From Psammoneis japonica (Eukaryota), in NCBI GenBank assembly GCA_008632985.1, contig QPGO01000136.1:1-64000 (forward strand): a stretch of DNA of 64,000 bases, written 5' to 3'. The translations under genes and the position numbers were made by a program. Numbering within the stretch: position 1 is the first letter of the stretch; every line of letters starts with the position of its first letter. This document shows positions 34,625 through 44,773 of the stretch, piece by piece. Under the pieces are notes generated by a model. That model made no database searches. It saw only the letters and a list, made by a program, of their open reading frames with translations, and was not told the DNA's origin.

Positions 34625-36289
34625 ACTTGTCCATGTGGGCACCACTGCAGGCCGTGAGAAATTGGCCCCTCATGCCACACATGAAGAGGCCCACTTCACT
34701 CAAGCAGTGCGTCCCCCCGGTCCTCAACTGTTGTTTGACCTGGGCACACAACAGGTGACCCCTCCTCCACCTGTTGCACCAGACCTTCAGCCAGCTCCAT
34801 GCTCACCACCAGCCTCTGACAAGCCACTCTCAGACCCCCCCGGATCAGCTTGCTGCAAGGCCTCCCACTTGGTGAAACTGCGATTTCTCCATCAGAACCA
34901 TTTGCTGCTGCTGCGGCTGCTTTCCAGGCCCCTTTGTCACCAGTGTCCTTGGATGCCATGGCTGCAACAGCAATGTCCTTTGACCTGCATGATGATTCAT
35001 TTGATGTTGTGCTCCCTGACAAAGGCTCCCGCAAACCACACTTTGGTCTCAAGTTCGATCTGGACGCCAATCATCACCGCCACCGCCTCCGCCTCCATCA
35101 CTGTCGACCTGGCTCCAGAGCTGCCCCCACGGTGGCACTTCAAGCTGCCAACATGAGCATGTTTGACATCCACAAACTCCCACCCAGTTCATGATTTTGC
35201 CTCTTTGGACGCCGCCATTGACCTCATTGGCTTGGATGCTACGGCCATCATGCTTCGATTTGCACATGACTGCACGTCTCCCTCCCTTGACTCCACTGGA
35301 CTCCCTCAACTGTTCCTGGATCAAATCCAGGACATGCGCCACCAGCTTGCATCATTGAAGGAACCCACCATTCCAACAATGCACAAGCTTGCACATTGGA
35401 AGCTCCTGACACAGGAGGACTGGCCCGACTGGGAGAACAGCGAGTGCAAACAGCTGGACATGTGCAACAACCAAGGAATGTTTGGCAAACTGACACCTGC
35501 CCCGGCTGGTGCAGCAGTGCTTAATTGGGTTTGGTCACACCTCACAAAGAACAACTTGGATCACACCAAGAAGGCGCATGGTGTGTGTGATGGCAGCCCT
35601 TGGTCGGGCCATGTCCAAACACTTGACGAGACCTGTGCTGCCTCTGTGGAACAACTGAGCATTTGTCCATTTTTTGCTTTGGCCGCCCTGAAGAACAAAC
35701 GGGCACATGGCACCGATGTGAGCAATGCATTTGCTGAGGCACCACCACCAAAAACAGCACTTCTACATGCGAGTCAACAAAGTTTTTCAAAATTGGTGGA
35801 CGAATCATCTTGGCCACCCTCCCATCCCTGAAGGCCATGTGCTCCCTGTGCTCAAGGCTCTCCAAGGACACCCAGAGTCACCACGTCTGTGGAACAGGCA
35901 CATTGATCAAATCATCTGCACCAAACTTGGTCTTGCTCCTGCACTGCCCATGAACCATGCATCTGCAGCAGCACAATTGATGGAGAACACGTGCTGTTCC
36001 TGCGACAACAGATGACTTCGTGATTGCCACTGACAGCGATGAAACCTGCAACATCATTTGCAACATTGTGGACAATGACTTGGCTGGTGGTGAGATCAAA
36101 CATCAAGGCTTGCTCACACTGTTCCTTGGCTACAATGTCGAACAGACCCAAGACTGCATCCGCCTCCACAGCACTTCTTCGTGCATCAAATGGATTTTGA
36201 AGAACTGCCCATTCCTTGATGCACCGGATGAACACCACCACACTGTGGCTCTCCCCATGCCAGGCAATGCCTCCCACACAAAAACTCTT
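34625..36289 (+). mobile_element. Degenerate Copia B (same family as A, opposite orientation), segment before the nested insertion
   Basis: EEAHFTQAVRPPGPQLLFDLGTQQ, WENSECKQLD, KKAHGVCDGSP, DVSNAFAEAPPP and KALQGHPESPRLW. The reading frame PGNASHTKTL stops at the insertion of element C. Confidence 0.85.
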
Positions 36290-36534
36290 TGACAGGATTT
36301 GAACAAGATTTTAGTTTGTCACACACAATCATGTGTGCTCTCAGTTCCGCGCACGTCACGCGATGTAGTTTGCTTTCGAGCCACACGGCTCACAGGAACA
36401 ATGACAGCAGTGCCGATGTCATGACACCAGTCTTTCGGCTCCTGTGACGGTCTCTGCACGGAGACTCATCTGCTGTTTAGACAGCAGAAAGGAGTCACTG
36501 TTTTCTTCCACCCAGTCATCTTCATTTTCTGTCA
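36290..36534 (+). repeat. 5' LTR of element C
   Basis: TGACAGGATTTGAACAAG...CATTTTCTGTCA, homologous to 42884-43129. Confidence 0.95.
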
Positions 36535-37325
36535 GATTGACAGTCTTGCTCTTTGTTGTCCATTGAGCATTCACCATCGTCATCGAGAAAAAATTTTCGA
36601 CGACGCGCACCGTTGGCGGTGGAAGCACATGTCCACCTTCTTCACTGCTGGACACTGGATTAAATCCACACATTTGGATTTATCCGGCACCTCCCATCAT
36701 TGGACACATTTGTTCAACAGATGTTTGTTTGGCCAGGAATTCCCGAATTCTCAGACATCCGAGATTCTGGATTCCTTGCAGCGGATCCTGCTAATGCACC
36801 CGCACGTGTCCACGTGCACATGGCACAAATCCCTGACTCTGGCTCTGCTCCACGCACACCAAGTCTACCGCCTCGTATCTGCATCGGATTGCTGGTCTTC
36901 TGCAGTCCCACAAGGTCCATGAGGACAACTGTGAGAGGAAGCAGTTTGCGATTGCAGCCTGCATTGGGGCGAGGGTGCATTTCCCATGTTTGTTCGTCCC
37001 TCCACAGCGCCAAATTGGCCGGCCTGATCGGGTCATCCAACCGACATAAAATGAGAACGGTTTGGAGTTCTTGTCCACCTCTAGTTGGCTTGTCAGCAGG
37101 GGTTTTTAACCCGTTGCTCTGCTCTCAGGCTGCCCAAAGCATCGCCAGCTGCAGGTTCGGACGTGCCGGCACAACTCTGCGGACCGAATGGGAAGCTTGG
37201 CACTTAACTGCAAACGGGATGTCACAGCCCGGCGGCTTCTGACTCTTGAGATAGTTCAAGACATCAAGTCAAGATTCAAGTCAAGTTTCAAGTTGTTTCA
37301 AGCTCACCCTCCCACTGGTTGCAAC

Positions 37326-40300
37326 ATGGTTCTCACCAGGCAACAACAAATCGATGGCCTTGAGCACATTCTAGGCACTGTTCTGAATCAAGCCACAGAC
37401 AGTCCATTGTGCTCCGCTCTCAACATTGATGGAACCGATTCACATCAGGACCTTTTTGCTTTTACTCCGACGCAACTGGATGCCCTTGTGCACAACGATG
37501 GCACCAATCAGAATCCCTTGCCAAGTGGTTACAAAGCACAGACAGCTGTGCTGATTAGCCTGCACATGGCAAAAGCGCGCGGCGGCGTGGATGTCAGCAA
37601 CAACCCTAAATTGTTCACTCACGAGGAGTTCACTGACTGTTGTCTTAGTCCTGAGCATGCAGCATCCCTCTCCATGGGCACAGCGCCATCTGCTCCCACC
37701 CCTGGCTCTTTGCCACCCAAACCACGTGACCCTGTGCGTGACTTTAAACGAGGCATCAAACGTGACCCACTCACCTTCGCGACTCTCAAGTCAGACAAAC
37801 AGTGGCACACGTGGCACACCTCCATCATCACACAGGCCCGCTCCCAGGATGTCGAACTCGTTCTTGATCCGACGCACAAGCCCTCTGCAGCTGAGGACAT
37901 GGCCCTGTTTGATGAACAACAGAAGTGCATGTTTGCCGTCTTCGAACAGATCTTGCAGAATGACAAAGGCAAGGCGCTTGTTTGTCAACATGTCGACTCC
38001 TCTGATGCTCAAGCGGTGTGTTGCGACCTTTCCAAGTGCGCCCTCACTTCCACTCGCGCATCCCTGGAGTCCTCGACCCTTCTCACGCACCTCGCCACTG
38101 CTCACCTCGGTGATGGCACCTGGAAGGGATCCACCCATGCCCCCATGCTTCACTGGCAGGACCAGCTCCGCAAGTGCGAAGCTCTCATCCTGGGTGCGGA
38201 CCATTTCTCTGCTGGCCAGAAACATGTCATGCTTGAGAACGCCACTCATCCTGTTGAAGAACTCCGTTTGGCAAAGAATCAAGCTGATCAGTTCCGCATG
38301 CAGAATGGAAAGGGTCTCTCTTGCGAAGAGTGCTGTGGACTTCTGCTTTCTGCTGCAGCACAGTGCAACAGCATGTTCACCCCCAAGACCACTCCTCATG
38401 CTCCACGCCGTGCCATCTACAAACATGACCTGGTTCCCAACGACCCTGACGATGATGCATTCTTCGACATCGACAGTGATGTTGACGTCATCCAAGCTTG
38501 TGCCGCACAGACCCGCGGCAACTCCCTCACCAGGGAACAATGGCGTCGCATTCCGCTGGACCATCAGCACATTTGGGACACCTTGCCCCAGTCCACCAAG
38601 GCCATCATTCTTGGCTCACGCAATGCCCACACCGGCAACTGCCATGACTCGACGATGGTCAACCTGCACGACCTCCGTCTTGGCAGCGACGGTGACGTCA
38701 ACTTGTCTGCCAACACCCATGACATTACATCGGCACTCGCACCATCCGACGCCACAGCCGATGCAGCTGATGCCAACCCCATTCTGGCTCATCTCATCAG
38801 GCACAAGCCCCTGCCACCCGGCAACTTGCAATGTCTCCTGGCACCTGAACGGCCTCCTTCCGCCCGTTCCGGCGAGAAACCGCCCGGATCTGCACCTTCG
38901 CCCGCTCCAACGCGAAGCCCATTGACGCTGACATTGAGATCAATGGCCACAAACACCATCGCGTCAACAACCACAATGTTGTCTGCTCTGCCTCGACCCA
39001 CAAGTCAACTCGCAAAGGTGCTCTCGTGGATCGCGGTGCAAACGGTGGCATTGCCGGTGATTGTGTTCATGTCATTGCCCACACTGGTCACCAGGTTGAC
39101 GTCCAAGGCATCGACGACCATCAACCAGTTGACATCCCCATTGTCACTGCCAGTGGTGTCATCTACATGCAATGCGGCCCTGCCATTGCCATCCTTCACT
39201 GGTGCGCCTGCACTGGAAAAGGGAAGACGATGCGCTCTTGTGGCCAGCTCGAGTGGTGCAAGCACGATGTCAACGATGGGTCCATCAAGGTCCCCAATGG
39301 TCTGCAGCGCATCACCACCATTGATGGATGCATCATTCCCATTGACGTTAAAGCCGGCCTCCCGCACATCACCATGCGCCCGCACACCAATGCCGAATGG
39401 GACACTCTGCCGCGCATGTCATTCTCACTGGTGATGACACATGGGATCCATCTGTCCTTGACCACCAGTTCACAGACAATGAGACATGGCACGATGCCAC
39501 GTCTGACCTCCAAGATGACCCGACTGCCAACCTCTTTGATGAGTTCAGCAACTGTCATCACCCCCATGTCGTCAACAATGCCATGCTTGCCGACTCCGTC
39601 CTTGATGATCACCTGCTCCCGACATCTGATTTCTTCTACGAATGCCATGAGCGCGAACTCAATCCCAAGGATCCTGATTTTGAGTCCCTCTGCACCCACT
39701 TTGGCTTTCTCCCGAAGGACACTGTTTGCCGCACTTTTCATTGCACGATGCAGCATGCCCACATGCCAGCCAGCACACACCTGAAAAAGGTGCACAAATT
39801 GCCCAACCCGGCTCTCAATGTCCACCAACGCAATGAACCCGTTGCTGCTGACACGGTCTGCTCTGATGCCCCTGCCATTGACTCTGGCTGCACCAGCGCC
39901 CAGCTCTTTGTCGGCATGCACCAAAACTGACAAAGAATTTGTCAACACCCTCAAAGACAACATTCGCACTCGCGGTGCCCCGTCCAAGCTCATCAGCGAC
40001 TGCACTCAGGTTGAGATCAGCAACAAGGTTCTTGGCATCCTTCGTGCCCTCTTCATCTCTAGTTGGCAAAGCGAGCCTCACCACCAGCATCAGAATTTTG
40101 CTGAACGCCGCTGCCAAACTGTGAAGACCATGGCCAACACTGTCATGGATCACTTCGGGTCCCCGGCTTGCACCTGGCTGCTTGCCCTGATGTGCATGTG
40201 TTTTGTGCTCAACCACACGGCGTCCACCAAGCTCCACTGGCACACCCCCACCGAAGTGCCATCCGGCTCTACTCCCAACATCAGCCCACTCCTCCACTTT

Positions 40301-42896
40301 CAATGGTGGGAACCCATGTGCTGCCACCTGGATGATTCTGACTGGCCATCCGAATCTCGTGAATTACGTGGTCGCTTCGTTGGCATCGCCGAACATGTTG
40401 GTCACCAAATGACATTCAAGATTCTTTCCGATGACACTCAGAAGATTCTCTGCCATTCCAACGTGCGCTCCGCCTGTGATCCGTCTGCTCCAAACCTGCA
40501 TCTTGATCCTCCTGATGAGAAATCTGCTGACCCTGTCATTAAATCCTGCCACGACTCCAAGGATTTGCCAGATTCACCAGATGGGGAGGTGACCAGGATG
40601 CCCAAAAATGCCGGTCTTTGACCCCGAGGACATCACAGGATGCACCTTCCTCATGAAGCCACAAGAGGATGGACAACGCCACAGAGCCCGCATCGTCAAA
40701 GCGGTTGAGGACCATGACTGGAAAATCGGAGGCAGTCCTGAACTGGTCAAGTTCATTTGCTCCGTCAACAATGACGAATGCAAGGAAGTCCCAGCTCACA
40801 ATGACATCATGCACCACATTGAGCAAGAAGACGAGGACACCACTCTCTGGAAGTTCTGACGCATCGCATCGCACGAAGGACCATTTCAACCCCATGATTC
40901 CTCATGGAAAGGCTCAAGCTACAACGTCATGCTTGAGTGGGAGAATGGGGAGATCACGTCCAAACCCCTTGCCATCATTGCCAAGGATGACCCCGTCACC
41001 TGTGCCATCTACGCGCGTGAGCACGGCCTTCTAGAAACCAAAGGATGGAGACATTTTTGCAAGACAGCACTTTGTCAGAAGAAGCCATTCTGCATGGCCA
41101 ACCAAGCCAAGTTGGCTCCTTTCGCACCGCGCCATGACACAAGTGCGGGTGTGAAGTGCCACGGGACTACAAGCATGCCATGGCCCTTGATGAGCGCAAC
41201 GGCAACCGCAAGTGGGGAGACGCAATGGACCTCGAGATGACTCAGCTTGATGAGCACGAGGTCTTCCACAACTGCGGACACCACGAGGATTCCAGTGCTC
41301 CATCAGGACACAAGAAGATCCGGGTGCACCTCGTCTACGATGTCAAACATGACGGACGGCACAAAGCAAGGCTTGTTGCCAATGGACACCTCACAGAAGT
41401 GCCCGTCGACAGTGTCTGTTCCAGAGAGGTGTCTCTCCGTGGCCTGCGAATGATGATCTTCCTGGCCGAACTCAATGAACTAGAGACCTGGGCCACTGAC
41501 ATTGGGAATGCCTGCCTTGAAGCTGCGACCAAGGAGAAACTGTACATTGTAGCAGGCCCCAAGTTCGGCAACCTGGAAGGACACATCCTTGTCATCCACA
41601 AGGCCTTGCATGGACTCCGCAGCTCCGGCCTCAGATGGCATGAATGCTTTGCCGATTGCTTGCGTGCCGAAGGCTTCTTTCCATGCAAAGCCGAGCCCGA
41701 CATCTGGCTGCGCAGGAATGGTGACCACTGCAAATGCATGGCAGTGCATGTGGATGACCTGGCCTTCGCCATGAAGGACCCCCAGGCTTTTGCAGACACC
41801 CTCATGGAGAAGCACAAGTTCAAGCTCAAGGGCACTGGACCATTGGAGTTCCATCTTGGCTGCGACTTCACCCGTGACCCAGACGGCACCCTGTGCCTTG
41901 CTCCCCACAAGTGCATCGAGCGCATGGTTGACAACTGCGTGTGCCTCTTTGGGGAGAAGCCCCGCACTGATGTGCTTTCACCCCTTGACAAGGGTGACCA
42001 TCCTGAGATCGACACCTCCGAATTGCTCAAACCAGACGGCATCCACCAGCTCCAATCCTTGATTGGATCCCTGCAATGGGCCGCATCTCCAGGTCACATT
42101 GACAATTGCTGTGGCTGTCATGTCCCTGTCTGGCTTTCGTGCAGTGCCCCGTCAAGGCCACCTGGACCATGCCAAATGCATCTGCGGATTCCTCTCCAAG
42201 ATGCGTCATGGTGCCCTCCAAGTGCGCACCGAGGAGCCCGACCATTCGGACCTCCCCAAGCCCGTGCATGACTGGGCTCAATCTGTGCATGGGGAGGCAG
42301 AAGAGCCACTCCTGCAAGATGCACCCAAGCCGCTTGGCAAGTTCGTCACCACCACACACTGCGTTGATGCGAACTTGTTCCATTGCGTGCTCACTGGATG
42401 CTCTGTCACCGGCATCCTCCATTTCCTCAATGAGTTTCCGGCTGATTGGTTCTCTAAGAAACAAGCAACAGTTGAGACTGCTGCACATGGATCTGAGTTT
42501 ATTGCCGCAAGGACGTGCATTGAGCAGATCATTGATTTGCGCATCACTTTGCGTTGCCTTGGCATTCCCATTCGTGAAACATGTTGCATGTTTGGGGACA
42601 ACAAGTCAGTTGTGGACAGTGCTGCCACCCCGCACTCCAAGTTGCACAAGCGACACACTGCCCTCTCATTCCATTGTGTGAGTGAGGCGATTGCCTCTGG
42701 TTTCCTTGAGTTTCATTTCATCGAAGGTTCCCACAACCCAGCTGACATCCTCAGCAAGCATTGGGGTTGCTCCCAAATCTGGAACCTCCTTTGTCCTCTG
42801 ATGTTTTGGAACTTCGATCCCGAGGCTTTCAACCAATCCGACTTCAAATCTGTCACTGTTGACCCCTCAAGCAAACTGGGGAGTGACAGGATTTGA
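37326..42896 (+). pseudogene. Mutated gag-pol polyprotein of element C
   Basis: gag (DFKRGIKRDP), protease (DRGANGGIAG), integrase (QSEPHHQHQNFAERR), RT (ATDIGNACLEA, KALHGLRSSG, AVHVDD) and RNase H (ETAAHGSEF, MFGDNKSVV, NPADILSKHWG). Contains frameshifts and stops. Confidence 0.92.
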
Positions 42897-43129
42897 ACAA
42901 GATTTTAGTTCATCACACATGATTGTGTGTGGTGCTCTTAGTTCCACGCGTCACGTGATGCAGTTTGCTTTTGAGCCACACAGCTCACAAGAATGACAAC
43001 AGCAGCGCCGATGTCATGACACCAGTCTTTTGGCTCCTGCAACGGTCTCTGCACGGAGACTCATCTGCTGTTTAGACAGCAGCAAGGAGTCATTGTTTGC
43101 TTCCACCCAGTCATCTTCATTTTCTGTCA
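42884..43129 (+). repeat. 3' LTR of element C
   Basis: Homologous to 36290-36534. Confidence 0.95.
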
Positions 43130-44065
43130 CTCTTGATGAGGCCCCCACACCCGCCAACAATGCCGAATCCCGCTGACTCCAAAACCAGCATGGCTTCTCC
43201 TGCTGCAAAGCCGCCAGTGAACTCACATGGGCCATGGTCACCACCCGCGTGGACCTGAGTTTTTCAATCACCAAGCTGAGTCAATTTGGCTCCAACCCTG
43301 GCTCCGCTCACTGCGAAGGTGTCAAGGAAGTGCTCCGTCATGCCCACCGACATCCAGACTTTGGCCTGACACACTGGCGCCCCTGCTCCAATGAGTCCCT
43401 GCCATGCGCACCCCCACTGCTGCCAGTCACCGCACTGCACAACTGGGTCACCCAACCACCACAGGCGGCTTCTCCCACAGAACTCACTGGATGCAAAGAC
43501 TCTGATTGGGCTGCTGACATCCGCCACCACCGCTCCATTGCTGGCACAGCCTTCCCACTTGCTGGCACCACCATTGCTTGGAAGACTCAAGTGCAACCCT
43601 CTGCACCCACATCACCCTTGGAAGCAGAATTCATTGCTGCATCGGGTGCTGGCAAGATGGCTCTGCACCTTCATTCCATCCTCGATGAACTGTCCCCGTG
43701 CCGCAAACACAGGCCACCCTCATCTGCACGAGGACAATGATGCATCCCGGATGATGGCCAATGCCAGCCAACCCACCAGATGGACCCGCCACATCGATGC
43801 TCATCATTTTGCACTGCAGGGTTGGGTCGAACAAGATCTTGTGCGAATGGAGCGGATTGACGCTGCCACGAACTGCAGCGACACACTCACCAAGAACCTT
43901 CCGCACATTCTTTTCTTTCAACATTTGGAGACACTCACTGGACGTCATCCCCCATCCTGTGTTTTAGATGGCAGCAACGATGCGCCACTGTGCTGTTCAC
44001 CAGAAGAACAATGCTCCCACAGTGGGCGGGCTCACAAATCTCCCAGTGTGTGTGGGGGGGGGGTC
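43130..44065 (+). mobile_element. Copia B continued (end of RT, RNase H, G-rich polypurine tract)
   Basis: Resumes with LDEAPTP...WAMVTTRVDLSFSITKLSQF, DSDWAAD, LEAEFIAASGAGKMAL, EDNDAS, TRHIDAHHFALQGWVE and NCSDTLTK. A G run lies at 44054-44063. Confidence 0.88.
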
Positions 44066-44109
44066 TCAGTGGCTGCGTGTTGTTCCCACATGGATGCAGG
44101 GATCTCTGT

Positions 44110-44184
44110 CAAGTTTGAGCGATTGCTCAAACTTGCGCAAGTTTGAGCAAATGGGGGTGCAAGTTTGAGCAATTGCTCAAACTT
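44110..44184. repeat. Cluster of AAGTTTGAGC half-sites forming two palindromes
   Basis: AAGTTTGAGCgattGCTCAAACTT at 44111-44134, a single half-site at 44139, and the perfect 24-bp palindrome AAGTTTGAGCAATTGCTCAAACTT at 44161-44184. Confidence 0.9.
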
Positions 44185-44773
44185 TTAGTGGTGAAAGCCA
44201 AGACAGGAAACCTCAGTCATGACCGTTAAAGTTTACTGTGTGTGGTGTTCGCTCATGTCCGTTGGGATTCCGCGCACGCCCGCGTTTGAGCAGTTTTCCC
44301 TCATGCGATGGTGCTGCACGCACGCTGCAGAACTCCCTGTCCATCCATCCGTACATGCCGTAGAATAGAGTTCGCGATGATTCTGTAGGAAAACCTCTCT
44401 ACTGCTCTAGCTAGAGAGTCAGTAGAGAGTAGTAGTAGATGTCCAACGAAATTTTATGTGCAGTTGGTCGCAGCTGGCTGTCGTCTTCAGTCTGCCATAG
44501 CTGGCTAGAGTGGCCACTCAATCCCACAGTAGGCCATTGCTCAGAAACGTTATGGCATATGATAGCTACCTGGGACCATCCATGACCAACAAAAGTGACC
44601 ATGAGCGTCGGTTGACACGGCGCATGCATACAAGTAAGCTCTTAGCATCCCTACATGGACTTGCGAGGAAAGTATTTGGGTGACAGTATGTCCTCTCACA
44701 AGGGTACGAGATGGGAGTGGCAATGCTTGTGAGACAGACATCACCCACTAAGGACTTGATGGAATGGTATCTG

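Larger units (their letters stand above)
36290..43129 (+). mobile_element. Full-length CoDi-like Ty1/Copia LTR retrotransposon C (6840 bp) nested in B, with 5-bp TSD CTCTT
   Basis: Paired LTRs TGACAG...CTGTCA. CTCTT at 36285-36289 and 43130-43134. Polypurine-tract-like GGGGAG just before the 3' LTR. Domain order gag-PR-IN-RT-RH. Confidence 0.95.

Noticed and set aside
36535..36560. Assignment of a primer-binding site for element C (GATTGACAGTCTTGCTC)
   Set aside because: I could not match it confidently to a tRNA 3' end or half-tRNA, and it may itself be mutated.
41156..42896. Alternative genetic code or RNA editing explaining His/Cys at Tyr positions
   Set aside because: Neighbouring genes use standard Tyr codons. 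The changes go in two directions at equivalent sites, differ between the LTRs, and also affect a target-site duplication.
28900..44200. Dense overlapping Cys/His-rich ORFs in all six frames, suggesting novel metal-binding proteins or antisense genes
   Set aside because: Loss of TpA removes TAA and TAG stops and turns Tyr into Cys or His, which creates spurious long ORFs.
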